From: Allobaculum fili | GTDB taxonomy: Bacteria; Bacillota_I; Bacilli_A; Erysipelotrichales; Erysipelotrichaceae | Direction: 5' to 3' | Assembly (NCBI RefSeq): GCF_020969955.1 | Contig: NZ_JAHDSX010000009.1 | Coordinates: forward strand, 1-32,000 | DNA length: 32,000 nt | Shown here: in pieces, positions 1 to 7,941 of the stretch | Numbering within the stretch: position 1 is the first letter of the stretch | Layout of the letters: each line of letters opens with the position of its first letter | Position numbers and translations under genes: made by a program | Notes under the pieces: generated by a model | Seen by the model: only the letters and a program-made list of their open reading frames with translations | Database searches by the model: none | What the model was told of the DNA's origin: nothing

Positions 1-241
1 CAGGATGATTTTTTCAACAGGTAGAAAATCATCCTTTTCGTCATGCCTGAGACGCAAAATATAAGAAATGACAACGCTCATGAACAGGGTATACGATTTT
101 TATCCCTCCTTAACTTAATGACATTGGCTGCTTCGTACAGCTTTTCCTGCGAATCTTTGTTTTTTACTGTGAATCTTTGTTTTGTCTGGCCGGACTTTGC
201 CTGGCCTTATTTGGCTTTGCTCGCTTTGTTCAGACGCTTGC

Positions 242-946
242 TTAGGCGTTCACGCAGATCTCCTGGGCTTTCTTTAAAAACGAGGGGACCGATGTGTGAT
301 CGTCCAGATGCGCGAAGACGCCAGAAGAAGACGCAAAGCCGGCAATGCCGGTATCCTTCAGGACGTCCACGTTGTTTTTGGCAAGCCCCCCAATGGCTAC
401 TGCAGGAATCGAAATGGCTTTGGTAATTTCACGCAGCGCCTGCGGTGTTAAAGGCTTCGTATCCGTTTTGGTCTGGGTCGGATAAATCGCCCCGGCTCCG
501 ATGTAATCGGCTCCATCGCGTTCTGCCTGTCGGGCCAGTACAACCGAAGGCGCGGTCACACCGATGATGAAATCCTCTCCAGCAATGGAGCGGGCCGCTT
601 TGCAGGACCCGTCTTTCTGGCCGAGATGCACGCCGTCGGCATGAATTTTTAAAGCCAGCTCCAGATCATCGTTGATGATCAGCGGAATGCCGGATTCCTG
701 GCATACGGCCAGGACCTGACGCGCTTCTTCTTCAAGCGCTGCACCGTTCAGCCGTTTTTCGCGCAGCTGAATCATCGTTGCGCCCTGAGCAATGGCTTCG
801 CGTACGAGATCTGCCATCGTTTTGGACGGATTGTCCTGTACAAAGCGAAGATCGGTCAGGGCATACAGCTTCAGCTGCTTCCATAGGTCTTTTTCCAATA
901 CTTTTCCTCTCTTTCTATGTTCTTTTCCGGGAATGTGACTTCCCAT
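242..946 (-). CDS. thiE: thiamine-phosphate synthase (ThiE)
   Basis: The 234-aa ORF has TMP-synthase hallmarks (LYALTD, MIQLREK, HADGVHLGQKD, GADYIGAGAIYPTQTKTDTKP, IPAVAIGG). It lies downstream of thiM on the same strand. The ATG at 946 lacks a clear SD. A TTG at 898 preceded by AGAGAGGAAAAG is an alternative start. Confidence 0.85.
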   Translation of the reverse strand: MGSHIPGKEHRKRGKVLEKDLWKQLKLYALTDLRFVQDNPSKTMADLVREAIAQGATMIQLREKRLNGAALEEEARQVLAVCQESGIPLIINDDLELALKIHADGVHLGQKDGSCKAARSIAGEDFIIGVTAPSVVLARQAERDGADYIGAGAIYPTQTKTDTKPLTPQALREITKAISIPAVAIGGLAKNNVDVLKDTGIAGFASSSGVFAHLDDHTSVPSFLKKAQEICVNA

Positions 947-1048
947 CTTTCAGGCAAGTTTCGCAGATTGAGATGGCTTCCAAAGCGAATCCGATGAGCG
1001 GATCGGACTTGGATCGGATGGGATGGGGATCGGTCTGCGGTCATCGTT

Positions 1049-1861
1049 TTACGAGAGACTCATCGCATCCAGAAAACGGATCAGAAAATGCCCGCTGCCT
1101 TCCGCAGTCTGCAGGTTTTGTTCGGCAATCTGGGCCCAGGCTTTAAACCAGCCTAAAGCACACGCCGCAGCCTGTTCGGGCTGGTCGGACCATACGCCAA
1201 GAGCGGCTGCTAAAAAGGCGGTTAACATGCACCCGGTTCCGGATCGAGCGGCCATCCACGCTGAACCGCCCCGGGCGGCATACATACGGCGATCGGGTGT
1301 GAAGAGCCGGTCTTCCTTACCGGTACAGATCAGCAGACACGAATGGGCACTGGCGCAGTCGAGCAGCGCTTCGAGAAAGCGTCTGGAATCCCCGATGGCC
1401 TGCACCTCTTTGCTCTGTACATCGATGCTTCCGCTGCCGCCCATATGGCAGAGGCTGGCCAGTTCGGAAAGATTGCCTTTGATCAGCCAGGGATGGATTT
1501 CTGTAAGAAGCTCGAGTGCTTTTGCCTGACGGAAGGGCGATACGCCGATGCCGGTCAGATCGAGAACGATTGGAATGTTTGCATCCTTTGCGGCTTTTCC
1601 GCTTTTTCGAAGGACGTTCCATTTGTTTTCGGAAGGCATTCCAATCGATAAGGAGAGCGCCTGGCTGCTTCTGGTAATCTCCGCACATTCCTGCAGATCT
1701 TCGCTTAAAATCGGCGAAGCGCCGACAGCACTCAGTCCATCGGCTACTTTGGCTGCGCTCACAGCAGGGGTGATGCAGTGAACCCGGGGATGCCGTTTTC
1801 GCAAAGCTTCCAGCAGACGGGGATCCGCTGTGCAGAAACGCGTTTCGTTTTGGAAATCCAT
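1049..1861 (-). CDS. thiM: hydroxyethylthiazole kinase (ThiM)
   Basis: ThiM-like motifs are present (RVHCITPAVSAAKVADGLSAVGASPI, VLDLTGIG, IKGNLSELASL). The start was moved to the internal ATG at 1861 (MDFQNE...), which has a GAAAGGGG SD 8 nt upstream. The 26 codons upstream in the ORF track are the riboswitch terminator read as protein. Confidence 0.85.
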   Translation of the reverse strand: MDFQNETRFCTADPRLLEALRKRHPRVHCITPAVSAAKVADGLSAVGASPILSEDLQECAEITRSSQALSLSIGMPSENKWNVLRKSGKAAKDANIPIVLDLTGIGVSPFRQAKALELLTEIHPWLIKGNLSELASLCHMGGSGSIDVQSKEVQAIGDSRRFLEALLDCASAHSCLLICTGKEDRLFTPDRRMYAARGGSAWMAARSGTGCMLTAFLAAALGVWSDQPEQAAACALGWFKAWAQIAEQNLQTAEGSGHFLIRFLDAMSLS

Positions 1862-1902
1862 AAAGTTTTCCCCTTTCTCTCTGCGGCCTTGTACCCGTTC
1901 AC

Positions 1903-1936
1903 AAAAAAACAGGAAAATCCAAAGCGGATTTTCCTG
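1903..1936 (-). terminator. intrinsic terminator forming the expression platform of TPP riboswitch 1
   Basis: On the minus strand the sequence reads CAGGAAAATCC-gcttt-GGATTTTCCTG followed by TTTTTTT. It lies between the aptamer and the thiM start. Confidence 0.8.
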
Positions 1937-1962
1937 CAAAAAGTCGATAGATCAGCTTCCTA

Positions 1963-2037
1963 CGGCGGCATAATCCGCATCAGGTTCCAGGGTCGAAGCC
2001 AAACTTCCTCTCAGCTTTTTTCAAAGCTCCCCTGCTG
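1963..2037 (-). promoter_or_regulatory. TPP (THI-box) riboswitch aptamer, copy 1, controlling thiM-thiE
   Basis: The minus strand reads CAGCAGGGGAGC...GCTGAGAGG...ACCCTGGAACCTGATGCGGATTATGCCGCCGTAGGAAGCTG. This contains the conserved GGGG-GC, CUGAGA and ACCUGAUxxGxUAAUxCCxGCGUAGGGA-type cores and a CAGC/GCTG P1 helix. Confidence 0.9.
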
Positions 2038-2061
2038 TTTGATGGAACGGGTATTAATTCC

Positions 2062-2090
2062 TTTCTAAAACCTGTTTTCTAAGCCGTCAA
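2062..2090 (-). promoter_or_regulatory. putative sigma-70 promoter for riboswitch 1 and thiM-thiE
   Basis: The minus strand reads TTGACG-N17-TAGAAA about 20 nt upstream of the aptamer P1. The -10 is weak. Confidence 0.4.
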
Positions 2091-2149
2091 GAAACGGTGA
2101 CCGGTCGTTTTAATTTCCGTTCGAAAGCACGGAAGTACGCCGATTTTCG

Positions 2150-2665
2150 TCAGGCGTTTTCCTGCTTCAAAAGGGAAGGCATGACGGTTCTGGACATGGC
2201 TTCCAGAACAAACGCGGAAATGAGCGAGCCCGCGACCGTAGAAATGAGGAAGGGAATAATGTAGGCGTAAAAAGCCACTTCCCCGGCGGATACGCCCAGA
2301 AAGGCAATAGCCAGCGGATAGGCGCACAGACCGCCCAGAATGCCGGTACCAAAGACTTCCGCCAGAACGGTCAGCCACAGATTATGGCTGTACTTCCAGG
2401 CCAGTCCGCAAAACAGAGCGCCGATCATGCTTCCGGGAAACGCCATAATGCTTCCCAGACCGAGCATGTTGCGCAGAAGGCTGGCCACAAACGCGACGCC
2501 GGTTCCGTACCACGGTCCAAGAAGAACCGCGCAGATGATGTTGACCATATGCTGGACAGGCGCACAGCGGCTTCCGAAAATCGGGAAGGAAAACAGGCTT
2601 CCCACAACCGCAACTGCACATAGGAGCGCCGCAAAAGTAAGTTTTCGAATCGAATTGTTTTTCAT
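2150..2665 (-). CDS. thiW: ThiW-type thiazole-precursor transporter (ECF S-component-like membrane protein)
   Basis: This is a 171-aa polytopic membrane protein (MKNNSIRKLTFAALLCAVAVVG..., APVQHMVNIICAVLLGPWYG). It has its own TPP riboswitch and sits next to thiM. The start was moved to the ATG at 2665, which has an AGAGGA SD. The upstream 67 codons in the ORF track are leader and terminator. Confidence 0.7.
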   Translation of the reverse strand: MKNNSIRKLTFAALLCAVAVVGSLFSFPIFGSRCAPVQHMVNIICAVLLGPWYGTGVAFVASLLRNMLGLGSIMAFPGSMIGALFCGLAWKYSHNLWLTVLAEVFGTGILGGLCAYPLAIAFLGVSAGEVAFYAYIIPFLISTVAGSLISAFVLEAMSRTVMPSLLKQENA

Positions 2666-2830
2666 TTCAAATCCTCTCTTTCTGAATACAAAACAGACGG
2701 TCGGAATCTTCGGATTCCCTCTCAGACCAGAATGATGGCCTCCCTCGCAGCAGTTCATGTCAGGCGCTCCCCTGTCCATGCCGGTTTCCCGGAGCAGATC
2801 ACAACCTTTCTCATTTCCACCCATTTCAAC

Positions 2831-2863
2831 AAAAAACAGGAAAACCCAGAACGGATTTTCCTG
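2831..2863 (-). terminator. intrinsic terminator forming the expression platform of TPP riboswitch 2
   Basis: The minus strand reads CAGGAAAATCC-gttct-GGGTTTTCCTG (one G-U pair) followed by TTTTTT. Confidence 0.8.
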
Positions 2864-2886
2864 CAAAAAGTCAACGGTCGACTGGT

Positions 2887-2969
2887 CAGCTTCCTACGGC
2901 GGCATAATCCGCATCAGGTTCCAGGGTCGAAGCCGGACTTCCTCTCAGCTCTTTTGAGCTCCCCTGCTG
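2887..2969 (-). promoter_or_regulatory. TPP (THI-box) riboswitch aptamer, copy 2, controlling thiW
   Basis: The minus strand reads CAGCAGGGGAGCTCAAAAGAGCTGAGAGGAAGTCCGGCTTCGACCCTGGAACCTGATGCGGATTATGCCGCCGTAGGAAGCTG. It is almost identical to copy 1. Confidence 0.9.
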
Positions 2970-2992
2970 TTTTGTTGAAATGGTACAAGCTT

Positions 2993-3021
2993 TTTCTAAA
3001 ACACACAGCCGAGTCTGTCAA
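2993..3021 (-). promoter_or_regulatory. putative sigma-70 promoter for riboswitch 2 and thiW
   Basis: The minus strand reads TTGACA-N17-TAGAAA. This is the same architecture and the same distance to the aptamer as at copy 1. Confidence 0.45.
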
Positions 3022-3086
3022 TTCCTGAGGCAGACCAGAAGGCAATTCCTTCCGGCTTCGTCAGGAAAGCGTACAAAGAAGCCAGA

Positions 3087-3111
3087 AGAAAAACGATCCC
3101 CGAAGGAATCG
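3087..3111 (-). terminator. intrinsic terminator after the Zn-peptidase gene
   Basis: The minus strand reads CGATTCC-ttcg-GGGATCG followed by TTTTTCTT. Confidence 0.6.
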
Positions 3112-3168
3112 CGAAAATCGAAATGGAGAACAAGAAATCCATTTCTGAAAGCAGAAACTGGAAAGCAA

Positions 3169-3882
3169 TCAGCGATCGTCTCTGCGTCTGGCCATGCCGA
3201 TATAGCGCATAACCTGAGCGAGAGAAACGAAAACGCTGGCGACATATGTGCTGGCTGCCGCAACCAGAACTTTTTTGGCTCCCTCATAATCGCTCTTTGT
3301 GAAAGCCGGATCGGTCTTGAGCGTGTTCAGCGCTCTCGAACTGGCGTTAAATTCGACCGGCAGGGTGACCAGACCAAAAAGCAGGGAAAGGGAGAACAGG
3401 ATAATGCCCGCCCACATCAGACCGGTCACATCAAGAAGCAGACCGAGAATGAACAGAGGAATCGCCGCAGAAGAGCCGATGTTGACGATCGGAACGAGTG
3501 CGGAACGAATCCGGTTGGGCAGATAATGTCGGGCATCCTGAATGGCGTGTCCCGCTTCATGGCAGGCGACGCCGACCGCTGCAGCCGAATAATTGTCATA
3601 CGTCGAATCCGAAAGGGAAAGGACTTTGGTGACCGGATTGTAGTTGTCGGTCAGATTGCCCGCAATGCGGACAATGCGGACATTGCTTAAACCGTTATGG
3701 TCGAGAACATAACGGGCCGCCTGAGCGCCGGACATGGTGGAGGGAACCCGGGAATATTTTCTGAATGTGGACTGCACCCATAATGAAGCCAGCAGCGCCA
3801 GCAGCATGGCGGCCAGAACCCACAGATAGCCCGGATCAATGCCGTACCATCCGCGGTAGCCGTAAGAATAAGGATAGAACAT
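3169..3882 (-). CDS. YugP-type putative neutral zinc metallopeptidase (membrane-associated)
   Basis: The 237-aa protein has an N-terminal TM segment, a HEAGHAIQD zinc motif (HExxH) and C-terminal TM helices. A GGAAAGGAAG SD lies 6 nt before the ATG. Confidence 0.8.
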   Translation of the reverse strand: MFYPYSYGYRGWYGIDPGYLWVLAAMLLALLASLWVQSTFRKYSRVPSTMSGAQAARYVLDHNGLSNVRIVRIAGNLTDNYNPVTKVLSLSDSTYDNYSAAAVGVACHEAGHAIQDARHYLPNRIRSALVPIVNIGSSAAIPLFILGLLLDVTGLMWAGIILFSLSLLFGLVTLPVEFNASSRALNTLKTDPAFTKSDYEGAKKVLVAAASTYVASVFVSLAQVMRYIGMARRRDDR

Positions 3883-3945
3883 AGATGACTTCCTTTCCGG
3901 CTCCGGGCAAAGCCAGAGCCTTTATGACAACTCTACAACATCTAG

Positions 3946-3987
3946 GAATAAACAAGAACGGACGGACCTGAAAGAATGTCCGCCCGT
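3946..3987 (-). terminator. intrinsic terminator after feoB
   Basis: The minus strand reads ACGGGCGGAC-attctttcag-GTCCGTCCGT followed by TCTTGTTTATT. The stem pairs better on the minus strand, where there is a G-U pair, than on the plus strand, where there is an A-C mismatch. Confidence 0.6.
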
Positions 3988-4078
3988 TTAAGGCATTCAA
4001 AAGAAAACGGAAGCAAATGCCGGAAAAGCCAAAACCTCAGAGCCGGCAGAAACGATCTGCCGCTTTCCGCCGTATGGC

Positions 4079-6103
4079 CTAGTGAATGAACAGAGAGCCG
4101 ATCTGATAGACCAGTGTGGTAACGACCCAGGCGACCGCGAACTGGAAGCCGGCGCTTTTGAGCATGAAAAGCGTGGACCTGGATTCCTTGCGGATCGTCG
4201 AAAGGGCAGCGACGCACGGAATATAGAGCAGGCAGAACAGCATCATGCAATAGGCGTTGAGCGGGCCAAAGCCGATGGAGAGCAGTTCCTGATGAAGCAC
4301 CTGCATGCCGCCAAAACTGGTGACGTTGGCAATGCCAAACAGAACCGCAATGGAGCTGACGACAACTTCCTTGGCGGAAAGACCGGCGATCAGAGCGACC
4401 GCGATCTGCCAGAAGCCAAGGCCGCACGGAATCAGAATCCAGGACAGGCCGTGGCCGAGGATGGCCGCAAAAGAAGTCGCGATGTCATCGGTATAGCCGC
4501 TCATGGAGAAATGCATCAGCAGCCACAAAGCGATCGAAGCGATGAAGATCGTCGTGCCGGCTTTCGTCAGGAAGTCTTTGACTTTTTCCCAGACATAAAT
4601 GAATACTGTATGGAAACTCGGCATTTTATATGCAGGCAGTTCGATCAGCAGCGGATACTCGTTTTGTTCGCCGTCCATCTTGTGAAGAATCCAGGCCAGA
4701 AGCAGGGCCATGCCGATGCCGATCAGATACAGCGAGTAGGCCGCCCACATGGCGTGATCCGGAAAGAACATGCCGGAAAACAAAATGTAAATCGGAAGCT
4801 TGGCGGAACAGCTCATGAACGGCGTCAGCAGCATGACCCGTTTACGATCCCGTTCACTTTCGAGCGCACGGCTGGCCATGATAGCCGGAACCGTACAGCC
4901 AAACCCAAGAACCATCGGGATAAAGGCACGGCCGGAAAGACCGATCTTTTCCATGATCTCGTTCATGACATAGGCGACGCGTGCCATATAGCCGGAGTCT
5001 TCCAGAAAGGCCATAGCCAGAAAAAGAATCGTGATATTGGGCAGGAAGGTCAGAATGCCGCCGACACCCGAAATGATGCCGTCGCAGATCAGATTGATAA
5101 GCCAGTCGGAGGCGTGAACGCCCGTTAACAGGCTTCCGATCCACTGGGTAAACAAATCAATGCCTTCCTGAAGATAACCGGAAAGATAATCGCCCAGTGT
5201 GAAGGTGAGCGCAAAGACAAGGGCCATCATCAGCAGGAACAGGACGACGCCCCAGAATGGACGCGTTACAAAATCGTCCACTTTCGAAGAAAACTGATCC
5301 GAGCGATCTTTGCCCAGAAGCACCTCGTTTTTGATTTCCGCGATGCGATCGTATTTTTGATTGACGATCGAATTGGCTTCCTGACCATCCACAATGGAGG
5401 AAAGATCCAGCGGATATTCCGCCTTGATCTGCGGATCATCCATCAGCAGGGAAATGGCGGTCCACCGTTTTCTGGGCGTATCTGCGGGAAGCAGGCTTTC
5501 GATCCTGGCGATCTTGCTTTCAATGTCATCCGAATAAATCATGACGTGATCCCGCTGGCGTTCGCAGTCGATTTCCAGCGGCATATGGTTTGGCGCATGA
5601 TTGTCTTCGTTCTGGTGCAGTGCGGCATGCAGCAGCGTCTTTAAGCCGCGCTTTTTTCTGGCGATGACCGGAATCACCGGGATGCCCAACAGCTCCTGCA
5701 GGCGGTGCAGGTCCAGATCAATGCCGCGCTTTTCGACAATATCCATCATGTTTAAAGCGAGAACGAGCGGCTTATCCATTTCGAGCAGCTGCAAAGTCAG
5801 ATACAGGGAACGCTCCAGTGAACTGGCATCCGCTACATCGACTACGACGCTGACTTCATCCGACAGAATGAACTGTCTCGATACCTGTTCTTCCATCGTG
5901 AAAGAATTCAGAGAATAGGTTCCGGGCAGATCGACCAGACGGATCTGCTTGCCATGAGATGAAATTGCGCCTTCCATGCGCTCAACCGTAACACCCGGCC
6001 AGTTGGCTACTTTCAGATTGGCGCCGGTATAGGCGTTGAACAAAGTCGTTTTTCCACAGTTAGGATTTCCAATGAATCCAATCGTTAAATCGTTATTGAT
6101 CAT
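4079..6103 (-). CDS. feoB: ferrous iron transporter FeoB
   Basis: The 674-aa protein has an N-terminal G-domain (GNPNCGKTTLFN, DLPGTYSL) followed by a polytopic FeoB membrane domain. It overlaps feoA by 11 nt. Confidence 0.95.
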   Translation of the reverse strand: MINNDLTIGFIGNPNCGKTTLFNAYTGANLKVANWPGVTVERMEGAISSHGKQIRLVDLPGTYSLNSFTMEEQVSRQFILSDEVSVVVDVADASSLERSLYLTLQLLEMDKPLVLALNMMDIVEKRGIDLDLHRLQELLGIPVIPVIARKKRGLKTLLHAALHQNEDNHAPNHMPLEIDCERQRDHVMIYSDDIESKIARIESLLPADTPRKRWTAISLLMDDPQIKAEYPLDLSSIVDGQEANSIVNQKYDRIAEIKNEVLLGKDRSDQFSSKVDDFVTRPFWGVVLFLLMMALVFALTFTLGDYLSGYLQEGIDLFTQWIGSLLTGVHASDWLINLICDGIISGVGGILTFLPNITILFLAMAFLEDSGYMARVAYVMNEIMEKIGLSGRAFIPMVLGFGCTVPAIMASRALESERDRKRVMLLTPFMSCSAKLPIYILFSGMFFPDHAMWAAYSLYLIGIGMALLLAWILHKMDGEQNEYPLLIELPAYKMPSFHTVFIYVWEKVKDFLTKAGTTIFIASIALWLLMHFSMSGYTDDIATSFAAILGHGLSWILIPCGLGFWQIAVALIAGLSAKEVVVSSIAVLFGIANVTSFGGMQVLHQELLSIGFGPLNAYCMMLFCLLYIPCVAALSTIRKESRSTLFMLKSAGFQFAVAWVVTTLVYQIGSLFIH

Positions 6104-6320
6104 AGCTCACCTGAATGTTCTCGGTGATCGTCGGACCCAGTGCAAAGCGGGTACCACGCAGGTCAATGATCATCGTTCCTTTTCCTTTACGCTGTAAAAC
6201 CGTGATTCGGGTACCTGGAATCATTCCCAGCGCCTGAAGACGCAAAGCGGTTTTGGAGTCGAGATGAAATTCTTCAACGGTAACCGACTGGTCTGCATGA
6301 ACGGAATTTAAAGTCTTCAT
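6093..6320 (-). CDS. feoA: FeoA family iron-transport accessory protein
   Basis: This is a 75-aa SH3-like FeoA (LRLQALGMIPGTRITVLQ) immediately upstream of feoB, with an AAGGAAG SD. Confidence 0.9.
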   Translation of the reverse strand: MKTLNSVHADQSVTVEEFHLDSKTALRLQALGMIPGTRITVLQRKGKGTMIIDLRGTRFALGPTITENIQVSYDQ

Positions 6321-6420
6321 AATTCACTTCCTTTTTTGACGTTCTCATTATAGCGTGAAAAAGTAAGTCGGGGATAACTGTGCCCCTTTCCAGAAAAAAG
6401 AAATGAATTCAAAGATACGG

Positions 6421-6456
6421 CAAAAAGAAAGAGAGCGCTTTGAATAAGCGCTCTCT
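6421..6456 (-). terminator. intrinsic terminator after the FIVAR-repeat protein gene
   Basis: The minus strand reads AGAGAGCGC-ttattcaaa-GCGCTCTCT followed by TTCTTTTT. Confidence 0.75.
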
Positions 6457-6504
6457 TAGACTCTTTCGTTTAACGAGAAATTTTAAGAATCGAGATATTC
6501 AGGA

Positions 6505-7941
6505 CTATTTTTTTTCAGGAGCTGGTGCCTTAGCGTAGATCAGGTCGCCTTCGTTATGTTCCCAGTTCCATCCGTTGTTAGCCAGGAAGTCTTTTTCCTT
6601 GTCAGCCAGAGTGTAGTGGTGACGGCCGGCACGTGTTTCGTTCGGGTTGTACAGACGATGGATTACGTGTTCGTTTTCAGCAGCAGTAGCCCACTTTTCG
6701 CCTTCGTTCTTCCAACCGCTCTTTTCGAGGAATTCGATTTCTTTCGGGTTCTTAGTGTAGTGGTGTTCGCCGGAGTTCTCGTCGTACATACGTGTCATCT
6801 TGGTTGCGCCAGGGAGATCGCCCTTCGGAGCAATCCAGGCTTCGCCTTCAGCGTTCCATCCGTTTGCAGACAGGAAGTCGTATTCTTTCTTGTTGGCTGT
6901 GAACAGGTGTTCACCGTTGTTCGGGTTGTAAGCACGGTACATAACCTGATCGAGGTCAGCATAAGCGTCTTTCAGATCCTTAACGGCTTTGTCTACTTCA
7001 TCCTGAGTAGCGTCTTCTTTGTCGAGGACAGCCTTAGCTGCTTTGTAAGCTTCGGTGAATGCGCCATAAGTTTCAGGGTTCAGCGAATCGTCGCCTTCTG
7101 GTGTAGTTTCAGCGAGATCTTTGTTGGCTTTCACTGCGTTTTCAAGTTCAGTCTTATCAACTTCGTCGCCTTCGTCATCTTTAACCAGAGCAGCTTTTGC
7201 GTTGTTGATTGCAGCGGTAGCAGCATCAACTTCTGCCTGTGTAGCATCTGCTTTGTCAACAATAGCCTGACCAGCAGTTACTGCATCCGTGTAAGCTTTC
7301 CAGCTGTCTGCGGTGTAGTCAGTTGCTTCGCCTTCTGGTTTAGCGGCAATGGCAGCTTTCAGAGCGTCTTTGTTAACGGTAACTGGAGTTTCGTCTTTCT
7401 TTTCCAGACCAGCTACTGCAGTTTCGAGAGCTGTTTTAGCTGCATCGATTTCATCCTGCAGAGCATCTTCATCAGCATTTACATCTTCAGCGTTTTTCAG
7501 AGCATCAGCGTATGCAGCCCAGCCAGCTTTATAGTCTTCTTCTTTGGTAACTTCGGCTTTTGCATCAGTGATGGCTTTGTCCAGAGCCGTGCGATCACCT
7601 ACGAAGTCGAGATAATGAACAGCATCAACCAGATCGGACCATGCAGCGTTGATTTCAGTAGTAGTCGCATCAGCTTTACCAGCTACTTCTTCAGCTTTAG
7701 CAAGTTTCGTATCAAGGTTGTCTTTTACTGTTTTTACAACATTGGCATAAGAAGCAGCTTCTTTAGCTGCCTTAGCATATTTGATAGCATCATTCAGCAG
7801 AGCTTTGGTATCCACTCTTGTTTCGCCGCTTGTCTGAGCACCAGAATCGGTTTCACCAGCTGCAAGAGCAGTGATTGGAGTCATGGCCATAGAAATGGAG
7901 GCAGCAACAACAAGGAATTTGCCTAAACTTCTGTGTTTCAT
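6505..7941 (-). CDS. secreted surface protein with N-terminal FIVAR-like helical repeats and three C-terminal YNPN/GW repeats
   Basis: A signal peptide is present (MKHRSLGKFLVVAASISMAMTPITALAAGE). The protein has several helical repeats of the form Y..SW..Y..A...A..V....DATQ.EVD.A...L..A. It ends with three repeats of about 40 aa (MYRAYNPNNGEHLFT...NGWNAEGEAW, MTRMYDENSGEHHYT...SGWKNEGEKW, IHRLYNPNETRAGRHHYT...NGWNWEHN). Confidence 0.8.
   Translation of the reverse strand: MKHRSLGKFLVVAASISMAMTPITALAAGETDSGAQTSGETRVDTKALLNDAIKYAKAAKEAASYANVVKTVKDNLDTKLAKAEEVAGKADATTTEINAAWSDLVDAVHYLDFVGDRTALDKAITDAKAEVTKEEDYKAGWAAYADALKNAEDVNADEDALQDEIDAAKTALETAVAGLEKKDETPVTVNKDALKAAIAAKPEGEATDYTADSWKAYTDAVTAGQAIVDKADATQAEVDAATAAINNAKAALVKDDEGDEVDKTELENAVKANKDLAETTPEGDDSLNPETYGAFTEAYKAAKAVLDKEDATQDEVDKAVKDLKDAYADLDQVMYRAYNPNNGEHLFTANKKEYDFLSANGWNAEGEAWIAPKGDLPGATKMTRMYDENSGEHHYTKNPKEIEFLEKSGWKNEGEKWATAAENEHVIHRLYNPNETRAGRHHYTLADKEKDFLANNGWNWEHNEGDLIYAKAPAPEKK

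Noticed and set aside
1-81. A possible 5'-partial minus-strand ORF starts at the ATG at 81 (MSVVISYILRLRHDEKDDFLPVEKIIL...) and runs off the left edge. There is also an 11-bp hairpin at 2..38 (AGGATGATTTT...AAAATCATCCT) and a plus-strand ORF at 43..426.
   Set aside because: Only 27 codons are visible. The AAGGAGGG at 104..111 is 22 nt from the ATG, which is too far for an SD, and no motif is recognisable. The 127-aa plus ORF is antisense to thiE and has low complexity. The evidence is not enough to call a feature.
947-1048. Three GGATCGG repeats (1000, 1011, 1027) lie in the 100-nt thiM-thiE spacer, and a GAATCTTTGTTTT direct repeat lies at 151 and 171.
   Set aside because: The motifs are short (7-13 nt) with no associated structure or known binding-site resemblance. 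They are likely chance or slippage products. They are noted only because the thiM-thiE spacer is unusually long if thiE starts at 946 or 898.
1862-1939. A shared N-terminal extension MQENP[LF]W[IV]FLFF... appears on the ORF-track versions of thiM and thiW (also at 2666..2866).
   Set aside because: This is the riboswitch terminator and leader translated in frame. Internal ATGs at 1861 and 2665 have proper SDs and give normal-length ThiM and ThiW.
6321-6420. A Fur box was sought upstream of feoA.
   Set aside because: Only a weak GATAAC-containing segment (GGGGATAACTG) lies near a TATAAT -10. There is no 7-1-7 TGATAAT-n-ATTATCA palindrome.
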